The notes below the pieces were generated by a model. It was given only the letters and a program-made list of their open reading frames with translations, searched no databases and was not told the DNA's origin. A DNA stretch of 64,000 bases from Strigamia acuminata (taxonomy: Eukaryota): assembly GCA_949358305.1 (NCBI GenBank), contig OX442314.1, positions 26,784,001 to 26,848,000 on the forward strand. Reading direction: 5' to 3'. The translations under genes were made by a program, and so were the position numbers. Of the stretch, positions 1-13,086 are shown one piece after another (positions within the stretch are counted from its first letter, which is position 1; every line of letters begins with the position of its first letter).

Positions 1-1744
1 AAAGAAATCCATTAGTTGTGGACACTTCTCCAGATAACGTACCAGACATCAATGTAATTACAGGTAAGTCGTCAATGATTAAGAAAGTTGTCTTCTTTTT
101 GTCGTCATTCTTGCAAAATGTTTGACGTGTCAACATTTTTGTTGCAGGGGTCTTAAAGGATTATTTCAGAGAACTGCCAGAACCTTTGATAACCCAGTGT
201 TTACATCAGATGTTAATGGATGCATTTTCTGTTTGCATTCCGGAGGATCCCGATGGGAATGCTAAATTAATGTTTAGTATATTGGATTGTTTACCTAAAG
301 TTAACCGGGTAAGAACTTGTACAATTACAACTCTTCTACAGTCCTGCAGCTTGCTTACTCACTTGTCAGTGAGGTACTGCTGGGTCACTATTGAGGTTTC
401 AGAGAAAGCACGTGCTTAAGCCTGCGCTGTACTGAGCATTATGGGATCACTAAAGAGAGACATCAAAGCCAAATGCTTCACATATATTTTCTTATGCGTG
501 GAAGTTTTAGTCGCGGCTTTAACATATCCGAGCCCCTGGCAAGCGTGGAAAGGCGAGGCCTTAGGCAAGCATGGAAATGTCTGGCCCTAGGCAAGCATGG
601 AAATGTGCGGCCCTAGGCAAGCATGGAAATGTATGGCCCTAGGGAAGCATGGAAATGTGTGGCCCTAGGCAAGTCTGGAAATGCGAGGCCCTGGGCAAGT
701 TACTCACACGTAAGTTATAGGAACACAAATTTATATGAAGCAGTCGGGGCTCTCTTAACACTTTTTAGCGCCCCGGGCTTAAAAAAATCAGACGCTCCTT
801 GCCCCTTGTCGTAATTTAAAAAAAATTATTTTTACATTTACAAGTTATTTAAGACTCGTTATTGGAGGCACCTGACGCCCCCGGGCTGCAGTCCAGTTAG
901 CCTAATGGTTAAGGTGGCCCAGGAAGCAGTAAAGTCTCAGATCAGCTCCCGGAGTGCAATTTTTTGGTCTTCGGGAGTTCGAAATGCCAAAAAGCATTGG
1001 TTAGCAATCGGGGGTTCGGCTTGTGCGGTTGAAACAGGCCCACAAGCCTAGAGGGGCCCACAAAGAATAAAAAAATTTTTTTTTTAAATAAATGAAATAT
1101 TATTGCTCTGCTAAAGAGCCCATCAACCCAACTTGCACACGGGTCATTGACTTGTTGATACGCCACTGGCAAAAAAGGATGAGTTTTTCAATCGATGTCT
1201 TTTCGTTGCAGTGTACGCTTATACTACTGATGGACCATTTGAAGTTAGTAGTTTCACAAAGTGAAAGGAACAAAATGGACGCTCAGAATTTAGCACTGTG
1301 TTTTGGTCCTGTTCTTCTTGTTCATTCGGACCCCAATTCATCGATAACCGATTTTCATAAACCCGTTCAGGTTCTCAAATATTTACTTGAGATCTGGCCC
1401 TCAAAGCAGCAGGGTGAGTAAAAACCAAAAGCCATCAAATGCAACTTACTATTTTTTTTTTTTTTTTTTGAAAAATTTTTTTGTTATAAATTAAATTTTT
1501 CAAATTTTTTACTTTGAGAAAAAAAAAATTTTTAAGACTTTTTTTTTTTTGGAAAATTTTTTCTTGGGTTTTTAATATGGCGGTGTTGATGGGTGCGGTG
1601 ACATCATTTATAGAAAGTTCCGGAGATGGTGAAAGTAGTGAAAAGGTGCACGACAACCACTGCCAACCCGACCAACCCACCTTGGACAGTGAGCAGGTGG
1701 AAGGAAAGGAGAACGGAAGCCCGGAGGGAGCATGCAGGTGGTAA
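1..1744 (+). CDS. SYDE: RhoGAP of the Syd-1/SYDE (RhoGAP100F-like) family, 3' part. Exons <1-63, 148-308, 1212-1413, probable last exon 1614-1744
   Basis: GT-AG spliced frame reads PDINVITG|VLKDYFRELPEPLITQCLHQML...LDCLPKVNR|CTLILLMDHLKLVVSQSERNKMDAQNLALCFGPVLL, the C-terminal half of a RhoGAP domain. PDINVITG.LKDY.RELP is characteristic of SYDE/Syd-1. Last exon is less certain. Confidence 0.85.
533..697. repeat. Intronic minisatellite, about 6 copies of a 26-bp unit (GGCCCTAGGCAAGCATGGAAATGTNN)
   Basis: Head-to-tail copies with no spacers. Confidence 0.9.
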
Positions 1745-2216
1745 TTCCTGGTCGGGACAATGTTTACTGCCAGAAACATCTTGCTGAAAAAAAAGAGTAA
1801 AAAAAAAAAAATTAATAATAATGATAATTAATAATAATCATAATAATATTAATAATATTACTACTAATAATAAATTGTTTGGATATACTTATAACAAATT
1901 TTATTTGTTAAAAAATATAATAATGATGATTATAACTGGTAGAAAAATTTTAGAGAAACTTTCTTTGAGATAAACTTTATCCCTGTGTGAATGGTGTGCC
2001 ATTGTAAATTTGTATCTTGGCCTTCCCTGAATGCATTTCACTAACCAAAACTGCACTTGTTATAAGTTTTGTTATTTTTTCTTTTTTGTTTTTTTGTTTT
2101 TGGGTTTTGGAGACATTTGTCTGTAATAATAACTTTTAGGGAAGTAGAGTAAAGTGAAGAATGATGGGTAATAAGTTTACGGTAAGCGAACTCTATTAAG
2201 CGGCATTGGGTTAGGT

Positions 2217-2414
2217 CAGGGGTCGGCAACCTTTTGAGACGGAAGAGCCAAAAGTTACAATTTACAAAATTTCCCAGTTTTAAAGAGCCACTAACGTTTT
2301 TGTTTTGAAAATAAAATAATATAATTATTAATATTTGCGCATGGAACTGGAGAGCCGCATCTTGACATCGAAAGGGCCACATGCGGCTCGCAAGCTGCAG
2401 GTTGCCGACCGCTG
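2217..2414. mobile_element. hAT (Charlie-like) MITE
   Basis: TIRs CAGGGGTCGGCAACC / GGTTGCCGACCGCTG. Perfect 8-bp TSD GGTTAGGT at 2209-2216 and 2415-2422. Confidence 0.9.
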
Positions 2415-2460
2415 GGTTAGGTCAGTACTTGGATGTATTTGTGTCTGATTTAAGATACTA

Positions 2461-2868
2461 GGCACATTCATTAAGTCATTTAGACTAAACAGAATATTTA
2501 AAACTGCTTTTTAAAACTGCCCGTCTCGAGCTAACTTCATAAATGGTGGCCAATTTAGTCTGTTTTCAGTCACAATTGGGGTTTCGGTGCCGGGAAACTG
2601 GGGTACCGCTTTCCCGAGAAACCGGTTGAAAAATCACAGAACCAGGAACCGGGAAATTTGAAAAAATAACCATTTTTAGCCTGACCTTTTTTAGTCCCGA
2701 GAGTACCGATTTCCCGGGAGTATCGGCCATTTTGGTATCGGGAACCGGGAACCGGGAATTTAAAAAAGGCGGGAAAACAGAAACCCTGGTCACAGTAGGC
2801 AGGGGGTAACATTTTTAAACTGGATAAGATGTTTAACTGCAAGTTAGACAGGGATTTGTGGATGTGCC
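2461..2868. mobile_element. Old MITE (possibly PIF/Harbinger-like) with a nested hAT-like MITE at 2577-2788
   Basis: Ends GGCACATTCA / TGGATGTGCC. Internal motifs (AATTTAGTCTGTTTTCAGTC, GTTTAACTGCAAGTTA) recur inverted at about 59105-59290. Nested element is flanked by a near-perfect 8-bp TSD GTCACAAT/GTCACAGT. Confidence 0.6.
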
Positions 2869-4259
2869 TACTGTTTATATGGTACAAAGTATCTAACTGG
2901 GTTTTTTGGCGGTTTTCTCAGTTGTCGGTGCAAATGCAAGGTTGGATTCTTGGAAATCGTTGTACAAAGCCGGAAAGTTCAAACCGTATTATCTCTAGAT
3001 TGAGGTGGTGCTTCTTTTACATTTGTTAGAGTTTAGGCATTGATTCAAAACTGTTTAGAGTTTTTTAAACGATATTGTTTGCAGTTGTTCATTGGTGACT
3101 GCAGATGTTAGGTGCTTGGTAACGACCGGATAAAGGACCGGATTAAAACTTTAAATGCGACAAAACTGTTTGATTTCTCGTTTTGAGGTGAATACAAGCA
3201 AAACACACTTGGTTTGTGAGATTTTTCTTTGTTTTTGGTAATTTACAAAATATATACATTATATATATATATATATTGTTAATAAAAGTAACAAAATTGA
3301 CAAAAAGTGCATTGTTTATGAGCCTAGGTGCACTGAAATGTATTCTGGAACTCAGCATGACGTGTGTAATGGCAATTGTTACAACATTTTTTTCTTTTTC
3401 CATACAAAACTTTGCTCAGTGTATAAGACTTTTTACCAGACCAAAGGGTTTTCTCTAAACTTCAACCAGGGCTGTGAGGTGGTTTGCTGGCGGCTGGACC
3501 AGACTTACAAGACGCTTTTTATCAACAAAATTTACTTTTTAGGCACAAAATAGACTTTTCTAAGGTAAAAAAATCGACTTTTGGCCACAAAATTTGCCTT
3601 TACACATCAGTAATGCAATTTTTACGTGTGGAAATGCTTTTACACGAAAAAAGTGCCAAAAATATGGCGGGTTCTTGTAAGACCGGTTGCGCGATGCCAC
3701 CGCACGGCTCAGACTTCAACATCTGATAACTGGTGCTAAATAGTTGTTGATAATTCCTGAAGAAAAATATTAATAAGTAAATATGAAAAGAAATACTAAA
3801 ATTTCCATTTTGTATTCTCTGAGGTGCTCTAATTGACAATTTAATGATATAATAATGAACCACAATTTGTTTTTAATTCATTTTTTTTTTTTTTTTTTTT
3901 TTTTTTTAGTTTTATGGTATATATTTTTTTTTAATGTTTGGTCTGACAACATTAAATTATTGACACTGAAAAACAAGACCCTTATGTAAGAAAAATGAAT
4001 TTTGCCAAAAGAAAGGAATTAAAAATACAAAAAAAATTATTTAAAAAAAAAGTAGAAATGAAAAATCTTAGCAACTTGTGCCTTTAATTTTAATTAATGT
4101 AGTTTGTGATGAAATGTTTCCTGTGCTACAATTGCTTCTTTTCTTTTGTTCTGTTTTATTTATTCTTTTGTTACATATGATGGCTAATAAAATGTCAGTT
4201 GTGGCATTTTCAGATTGAATTTGTGGAGGGAAATGAATGAAAATTAAATTCATAGATTT

Positions 4260-4795
4260 ATTAAAAATTTATACATTTTATAAATGGAATAAAATAAATT
4301 CAAAATTCATAAGAAATTTATAAATTTTATAAATTCAATAAAAAAAATTCATAATTTATAAATTTAATAAAAAAATTCAAAATTTTAAAATTATAAAATT
4401 TAAAATTATAAAATTATAAAATTATAAAATTTAAAATTATAAAATAAAAAAAAATTCATAATTTATAAATTTAATAAAAAAATTTAAAATTTCATTTAAA
4501 AACTCAAAATTTTAATTAAAATCTAAAAATTTCATTTAAAATCTAAAAATTTCATTTAAAAACTCAAAATTTTATTTATAAACTCAAAATTTCATTTAAA
4601 AACTAAAAATTTTGTTTAAAAAATCAAAATTTCAATTAAAATCTAAAAATTTCATTTAAAAACTCAAAATTTCATATAAAAACTCAAAATTTCGTTCAAA
4701 AACTCAAAATTTCATTTATAATCTCAAAACTTTATTTAAAAACTCAAAATTTTGTTTAAAAAATCAAAATTTCATTCAAAAACTCAAAATTTTGA
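4260..4795. repeat. A-tract minisatellite, about 20-bp unit (AAAACTCAAAATTTCATTTA)
   Basis: Direct tandem repeats. Confidence 0.9.
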
Positions 4796-5991
4796 GAATT
4801 TTGACAAAAATTATGAAAACTAAAACATTAGCCTCCTTTCGGAACCCCTGACAATTAAACCAATCTGAAAATCCACAAGACTGCGTTTGAAAAGCCAGCG
4901 TTTCCATTTGCTTAAGTGAACCTCCTCCTTATGTTAAAGGGAACACGCTGAACATGCAATGTACACCTAAAAAGAAAAAAAGTTTTTTTCCGATTGATAT
5001 TTAATTCGACACAAATAAAGATAGATCGGTAAATGAAATTGAACTCAGGGAATTATAAAACAAATTAGAAATGAACAAAATGTCTTCTGACTTGCACTCT
5101 CAATCTCTTGAAATCAACTTAGAACAAACTAAACAAACTTGTACAATTGTATTTGATGTCCCTTTCATTTTCCTCATTTACGTCTTCCATTTTGAGCCCC
5201 ACCAGTGGCAAAAAGTGGAAGTTAAGACTTTTAATTGATCGATACAAAGCAGCAATAAAAGTTTTAAAAAACAAAAACAAAAACAAAAAAATCGTTTTAA
5301 CTTTTTTTTTATATATTAATTGATGTTTTTAAAACAATTCTTTGAGTTCCTAATACTTTTTACCAAGTGTTTTGCTAAAAAAAAAAAATAAGAAGAAAAA
5401 AAGAATTAAATATTGTCTAAAATTCTTCATGTGTTTTACATATCGTCAAATGGACTAAGGGGGGAAGAAGTGTGAAAATTGATGTACAGTTATTATTTAT
5501 TTATTTGATTAATTTATTGATTTAAATTTTGGTTTTAAAAAAAGTAAAGTGCAAAAATGTCAATATTGTGTACAGGCAAAGCTAACACTGCTATTAAAAC
5601 GAACCGTTTTGTTTTGAACAGTCAATTTTACTATAGTCTTGTATACGACAAATTCTTATTCGAAAAATGTGGAAATTTAAATTTTTATTTTTATTTTTTA
5701 TTTGTTTCTTTATTTATTTGTTTATTCATTTTTTAATTTACTACATCTTTGTATGTTTAGGAATTTCTATGTCTTGTTGGAAGTGTTGATAGTAGTCAAG
5801 TTGAATAAATTTCTAAGCTGGAAAAGCTACACATTTCTGTTTCAAAATTGCCCGCTGTTCTATTTAATTTTGTTTGGTTCAGCCTTTCAGGTGACAAAAG
5901 GAATGTTTAAGCGCTCGCAAGTGTAATGGTGGAAATCAATGAAGAAAACCTTAAGGTGAGGGCTTTGAGTTGAGTTGGGGTTTTGTTGGAG

Positions 5992-6065
5992 TCCTCGCCG
6001 GTTTAGCGGTCGATGCGCCTGACTGGCAATCGGGGGAGCTGCGGTTCGATTCCCAGTCATACGGT
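5992..6065 (+). pseudogene. tRNA-like sequence, likely the head of a tRNA-derived SINE or a tRNA pseudogene
   Basis: A-box-like GGTTTAGCGG, anticodon arm CCTGA-CTGGCAA-TCGGG, B box GGTTCGATTCC. The acceptor stem does not pair. Confidence 0.65.
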
Positions 6066-7283
6066 AGGTTCCTGGAAATTCCTGACTGTTTGTTTATTTA
6101 TTTAGTCATACGTTTATCGATTTTCAACAATATGTTGCAGGGTGTTGTTTGTGTACTTTAATTTGACTTCAGGTTGCATTCTGCGATGTACTCCTGTCGG
6201 GCGAAGGCACTAGGTGCATTCGAAAAGTCATTTGCACTAAACGATGGGTGCAACTGGTGGTGTAAATGTCAAGTTAAACGACCCAATTTTCGAGTTTAAA
6301 ATAAATTTCAGTTGTAAATAAATTCGCCCAAATAGTAACCATAGTGATGATCATTATTGTTGTTGTTTACTCTAAAAAAAAAACAATAACTGCTACGAAA
6401 TTGTTATTACGGTCAAAATCGTTGCGACCAATCGAAATCGCTGAGACCGTTCTAACGAAAATCTAAGATGGCTGCCAGCAAGACCCGATTTGAACGAAAA
6501 AACTCGTTGAACGGAGATTTAAACGTGGCGTGTAGGTCGTTTCCTTTTAACCAGTTTACACGACATTTTCACGACATTTAAACGAATTATTTCGGGTAAA
6601 TGTCGTATGAAAACGAGTGTAAACACATTTACACTCGTTTTGATGACTTTTCAAATGTGGGATGCAGGATTTCTCGGTTTTTACTGTTTTTGCCGTTACT
6701 ATAAACAAAATGAACAGCAAAAAAAGTCAAAAATCATCATCAAAAACTGCAAAAACAAAAACACGAGTTGTTTTAGAAATGGCTTACACGGGTTTTAGTT
6801 TTTACAACCAAGTTCAAAATGGCCGCTTCGAAGGATCAGATTTTCAAGTGTCATAAATACTTTCAGGCGAAGCATCCACCTCCCAAAATGTGAGTAAATG
6901 CTAAATTATGTTTAAATAAGGGTGCCACGAGCACAATTAATTGGTTAGATGAAAGAAAAGGAATTTGTATTCACCATGTACTCGCGCGATTGCGACGCAA
7001 AAACGATACAACAAACGGGCCTAAAAACGAACACATTCGCAGTTATAGACACGTTTTTGCCTACTATTTTGGCGCGTAAACAGTATAAACCGAAATTTTG
7101 AACGCACCTAATGTTAGTTTACTGATCCTTAATCCATTAAGACAAAAATACGGGTCCGCCGGATTAAATGATGAGTTTAATAATTTATTTGATGTCACCA
7201 CGAGCAGAAGGATGAAAAGTAAGTAATCTGGGGAACAATGAAACGTGCATCGCCCACTTTCTTATTTTCGCCAACCCAAGTAA

Positions 7284-7750
7284 TGGGTGGTCTTGGGTTT
7301 CCACCTCTAGGCGACACCTGTTGATTACAGATCGCACCGTTTGGTAATTGATAGGACCTTAATTCACCGTAAAAAATGCGCACTAAATGAAGACGTTCAA
7401 ACTGTCCGGACAGACGGAAGCGTGCAATCAGTACAAACGATAAAAAGTAATTAAAATTGGGAAAATATTTTGAAAAAAAAAAAAAATAATAAAGAAATAA
7501 ATATATTTTTTTTTCTTTATTTCTTTTTTCGATAAACAAATTATTTTATCTCCGAATTGAAAACAAATTAGAGAGAGAGAGAGAGAAAAAAGTAATTGTG
7601 GGATGACGTCATAGTGAATTTTCAGAATTCAGTCGCTGCGCTCAGGGTGGCAAAGATGCGTGATGGGATGGCAGATCGACCGCTTGGGTGGTCCAAACAA
7701 AAGAACATAGTTCCCCTCATTAGCGGCGTCCGTTCTCAACCTGGGTGGTC
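7284..7750. promoter_or_regulatory. Cluster of three perfect Gli/Ci sites upstream of patched, with a GAGA repeat and a CRE
   Basis: TGGGTGGTC at 7284-7292, 7685-7693 and 7742-7750. (GA)n at about 7569-7587. TGACGTCA at 7604-7611. Confidence 0.8.
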
Positions 7751-8229
7751 CGTTAATAGGACGCTTGGCGCACGCGTTTCAGCGATTTCAACGTAACCGA
7801 ATCGCTTGTAGTTCCCGATTTTATCGCTCCATAACAGTGGCGCTTTTGTAATGGCGGCATGTTTTTCAAAAAAAAAGAAAGACAGGACTGGATGAATTGT
7901 TTGTTTGTAAAATAAAAAATGCAGTAAAAAGAAAAATCGTGTAAAGTTTTATAGTTCTAAACGAAATTATTAATCATTTTCTGTTTTGCTGCGAGTTATA
8001 AATAAATTCATGAGCATTTATTTATTTGCAATTAAAATTTGGTGATGAATATTTCATTTATTCCACCTGAGGGAATCAAATTATTCATTCTGACACTTGT
8101 GACGTTAATGAGAAACTTGATATTGATATCTTGCTCTTGCACACTTCACGTGATATATAATATCAATGCAAAGTTATTTTGTTTTACTTTTTTTTAATAC
8201 CAAAGGGAGACCTTGCACTTGATGTACAA

Positions 8230-8960
8230 AAAAATCATCAAATTTCACGAATTTTCACTAAAGATTCATCAAATTTCATCAAATTTTACGAATTAATACT
8301 AAAAATTCATCAAAATTCATCAAATTTCACGAATTTTCACTAAAAATTTATCAATTTGTCAAAATTTTACGAATTTTCACTAAAAATCCATCAAAATTTA
8401 GCAAAAACCATCAAAATTTAGCAAAAACCATCAAAATTTAGCAAAAACCATCAAAATTTAGCAAAAACCATCACAATTTAGCAAAAACCATCAAAATTTA
8501 GCAAAAACCATCAAAATTTAGCAAAAACCATCAAAATTTAGCAAAAACCATCAAAATTTAGCAAAAACCATCAAAATTTAGCAAAAACCATCAAAATTTA
8601 GCAAAAACCATCAAAATTTCACAAATTTTTACTGAAAATTCATCAAAATTTATCAAATCCATCAAAATTTATCAAAATCCATCAAAATTTATCAAATCCA
8701 TCAAAATTTATCAAAATCCATCAAAATTTCACGAATTCTCACTAAAAATTCATTAAAATTTTCACTAAAAATTCATCAAAATTTTACGAATTTTCCCTAA
8801 AAATTCATCAAAATTTCACGAATTTTCACTAAAAATTCATCAAAATTTATCAAAATTTATCAAAATCCATCAAAATTTATCAAAATCCATCAAAATCTAT
8901 CAAAATTCATCAAAATTCATTAAAATTTCACGAATTTTCACTAAAAATTCATCAAAATTT
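8230..8960. repeat. A-tract minisatellite, 20-bp core (AAAACCATCAAAATTTAGCA) with related variants
   Basis: About 12 near-perfect copies at 8390-8620 plus degenerate flanks. Confidence 0.9.
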
Positions 8961-11754
8961 CTCTAATCAGTGATCAAAAATCACTTGTATGCTTAGCATT
9001 GTCCACGTGGTGCAAAAATATATTTAACAACATATTGTTTTTCACTTAATACATTTCAAAATGTATTGCAATACATTGCAATATAATTTCAATGTATTTT
9101 AGAAGCACACATGGATGATAGCATCACATGTTGAGTGTTAATGGTGGTTAAAGGCTCTGGGGATAAATAAAAGAGATAAACAATGTTGAACAGTGTTTAA
9201 AGAAGTCCAGATTTCCTTCCTGAAGTGAACCTAAGTAATGAAGAAATAATAATATTTTGTTATGGCATATTCCAGCTTCTGCTTTTCATCTCTCCACAGC
9301 TGTTCTAGCTTACACCAGCTGAAACTCTTAATAAAAATTCAATCATAATAAACAAATACAAAAACAAACATCATTTGAATTATGTGCTATACATAAAGAG
9401 GGAAAAAATTCATTTTACCCAACAGCTCATCCATCTTTTTGCAAATCCAGCTTTTGATAAATGGGTGCACACTTGCTGTTGAGGATGGGGAATTAGAAAA
9501 CAGGGTGTGGGGGTGTTGCATTTCATCCAGGGTGGTCTCCTGCCTATTTGCTACTATATACTGCAGTGCTAAATGAAAAACTTGAAAAGATGTGTTTGTA
9601 AACTGTGCTATTCTTTACTACCACACACACAAAAAGGAATCCTTCCACTTGTTTGTGTTTATCACTTTTGTTTGTTCAATTTTCACAAACACCAAACTGT
9701 TGATAAACAAAACAAGATTTTTTATTTATTTTAATTCAAGAATCTCATAAATTTCTAAAATAAAAAACTGCAAAAATTTGAATTTTGGTGGGAAAAGGTG
9801 CAACAAATGAGCACTAATAAACAAAAATGGCTGAATTTGTTAAGTTAGCCTCGAATGGATCTGTGTGTGGTCCTATTAAATTGACAGCTCCTCTTCAGGA
9901 GGCCTTTCCAACTGCCCTTTGTGGGCACAAAGTTAGGGATCAGGTCCCACCCACCCTTGTGAGTGTGGACCCCTTGTGATGAGGCATAGGAGGGACATGG
10001 TACCCAAGAGTGCCCCCTAGAGGGAAACCCCATAACCTCCCTGGAAAAAAGGAAGTTCACAGGAGATGAAGCCATCACTGGGATGCCATAATCCCATTAA
10101 GTCTCACTTTTCTCTTTTCCCCTCTGTGCAAAGACCAAGAAAAAAGATTTAACAATATATGAAGTGCACTTGTTATTTTTCTTCTTCTACCAATGCACTA
10201 TAATTCCCGCATTTTCCTCTATGTATTTACACTGTAGGACAATCAATTTCAGGTGGCAGAATAATTGAGGTTTGTTTGTTAGTTGCAGACTCGCAGTCGC
10301 CGCCAAATGAGTTTTAAATTATGTGAATTTTATGGTGAAAAATGGGGGAAGGGATTAATCCTTTGATTACTTGATGGCAATTACTTGTTTTGTTGTTTAA
10401 TGTGGTTTTGTTGGTTGTTGGTATAAAGAATTAGTGGTCGTTTTTCTTTTTAAATGATGTTTTGTTAGTTTTTTTTGTAGAAAGGTAATTTTGGAGAAAG
10501 ACTCTTGTTAAAACAAATGGTGGAAACGAGAAGTAACGATTTGGTTGGCTACTGCGCAGGAGCAGAGAAAAAAAATCAGTTTTTTTAGCTCCAATATGTT
10601 TTTTAAAGATTTTTTACGAGGTTTTTTCATTTTTCATTTTTGTAACTTTTAAGCTCGAAGAAGTTGGTTTGATTCGTCGGCTATGCAGCGAAGCTTTAAG
10701 GGGCAAAATACTTCAAGTTTCGCATTGTACAGATACACAAATCGTCAAAAACTATTAAAAACTCCTTGATTTGCTTCTAAACGACGTATATTTTTTCAAT
10801 TACATAAATAAACAGTTTAATTTTATGTTTAAAATGTATAATAAAGTTTAAAAAAAATAATTTTTATAAAAACCAAATTTCTAATCCACCTCTCAACTTC
10901 AAAAAAAGCATAAAATTTAATTCCAGCATTTAATACACTGGAAACTAAAGATAAACAACTCAAAGAAGCTCGAGCACAATGCAATTAAAAAAAATTACCA
11001 AGTAATTATAATCATTTTTATTGTTTTTCTCAAACCAACTGAAAATAAATTTCCAAACCCTCGAAATTTATTGAATTAAAAGGAGATTCTTCATCTTTTT
11101 TTTTTTAATAGTGATTAATTACGACCAGTGGTAGATTTAATTGAAAATGGGGATTCAGTGGTGCAGCCTGACAGTGAAAACAGATGAAAGCAATCCATGC
11201 AAAAAGCTATTTGGAAGTTTAATTGGGATAATTTGATGAAGTTATCGTTTGGGTTTGTCCTTTGTGGTGGGTCCTTCTTAATAACCTGTCATTAGCCAGA
11301 TGCTAAGCCTTGATAATATGGTGAGGGTAAATAACCATTCTAAGAAGAAATTTATTTCAAAGGTGGCAGGTAGAGAGATATTGATGAAATTGTACCCTCC
11401 AATCAGTGCTTATCTAAAGGGAAAATCACAATGTAGGGAGCAGGGATGGAAAACATTTAGAAATCAAAATCATATATATTTAGTTTGACAAGTCTATTTT
11501 GAAAAATGAGGTGTTTTATATTTTTATTGCTTTATGCATCTGGATTCTGGGTCTAGTTTTTGGTGGGGACTCTGTGTTGGAAGTTTTTTCTATTTGGATT
11601 TGTACAAACATTTGAAATCTTAGTAATGTTGTTGTTTATATTTTGGATTTTATATTGGTATCTTAAAAATGCATTTGGAAATTTTTTTAGAAGTAGAATA
11701 TATTTAGTTATTTTATTATAAACATGTAAATGTATGAAAACTTCAAGAAAAACG

Positions 11755-12290
11755 TTTTTAAAATAGAATAAAAATGCATAAATTTGTTAAAAATAGAATA
11801 AAAATGCATAAATTTGTTAAAAATAGAATAAAAATGCATAAATTTGTTAAAAATAGAATAAAAATGCACAAATTTGTTAAAAATAGAATAAAAATGCACA
11901 AATTTGTTAAAACTAGAATAAAAATGCAAAAATTTTTTCAGAACTCAATAAAAAATCATTAAAAATTAGATAGAAGTACGAAAAAAACCCAATAAAAATC
12001 AGACAGATTCATGAAAAAATTTAATAAAAATTCATAAATGTATGAACAATCCAATAAATATTATATAAAACTGTGAAAAATCCAATAAAAATTGTATACA
12101 TCTAAGAAAAATCCAATAAAAATTGTATACATCTAAGAAAAATCCAATAAAAATTGTATAAATCTACAAAAAAATCCAATAAAAATTGTATAAATCTACA
12201 AAAAAATCCAATAAAAATTTATAAATCTACAAAAAAATCCAATAAAAATTCATAAATTTTTGAAAAATTCAACAAAAACTATGAATTATT
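11755..12290. repeat. Two adjacent A-tract minisatellites, 30-bp and 31-bp units
   Basis: AAATAGAATAAAAATGCATAAATTTGTTAA about 6 times, then TCCAATAAAAATTGTATACATCTAAGAAAAA-type repeats. Confidence 0.9.
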
Positions 12291-13036
12291 AGAAATCCAA
12301 TAAAACGTGTACAACCCACCAGAAACCAAATAAAAATCCCATATTTATTAAACAAAAATCAATAATCTTTAAGACCACATTCGATGCCCCAAATCTCTGC
12401 TGATGCTGCATTCAATACCAACTGACGAAATGCAAACTCCAGTTGGTGGTCACTTGTTATATTTGCTCCATTATTACCAAAAGTCAACATTACTCGCTAA
12501 GCAAACACCACAGGCATATTTACTTAGCAAATCAGACTGCCCCTGCCATCCTCACAAACCAATACTTCTGGCCACCAGGTGGCAGCATCATATATTAATA
12601 CAATCCCCACTTATTTCATACACCCAAACTACATAATCACTTTTTTTATGCTCAAACAACTAAAGATTTCTCCATCTATCTTCCAAAAACTACTTGAGCC
12701 ATAACACAAAAACAACCACACTAAAACAACCATTAAGCAAACAGGAAATGTCATTAATCTCCACTTAAAAAAAAAAAAAAAAAAAAAAACACCTAAAACA
12801 CCTTTTCTCCCAAGAAAACAAAAGAAAAAAGAAGTCCTAAACTCCTAATCTCCCAAACCACTCCCCTCTTATCATTCCCTGTCACTGACATGCAAAACCA
12901 CATATTTGATTTGCTCCAACCACAATATTTACCTGAATTTTACCATTTTATTACACCTCAACATGTTATGTACATTGAGTGACACCTTGGCTATAATGAG
13001 ATCCACAAACAGGATTGAGCCATCCAATGCTGAGGA

Positions 13037-13086
13037 TGACGTCAGAGCAGTGTAACAAATTGACAGACAGACCAACTGACCACCCA
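13037..13086. promoter_or_regulatory. CRE plus perfect Gli/Ci site, about 1.7 kb upstream of the proposed ptc start codon
   Basis: TGACGTCA at 13037-13044 and GACCACCCA at 13078-13086. Confidence 0.65.

Noticed and set aside
533..697. CRISPR-like 26-bp repeats (also the 28-bp array at 62548-62764)
   Set aside because: Head-to-tail with no unique spacers, no cas genes, and a eukaryotic intron context.
5992..6065. Functional tRNA-Ala(GGC)
   Set aside because: Acceptor stem unpaired, T-stem mismatch, and anticodon atypical for eukaryotes.
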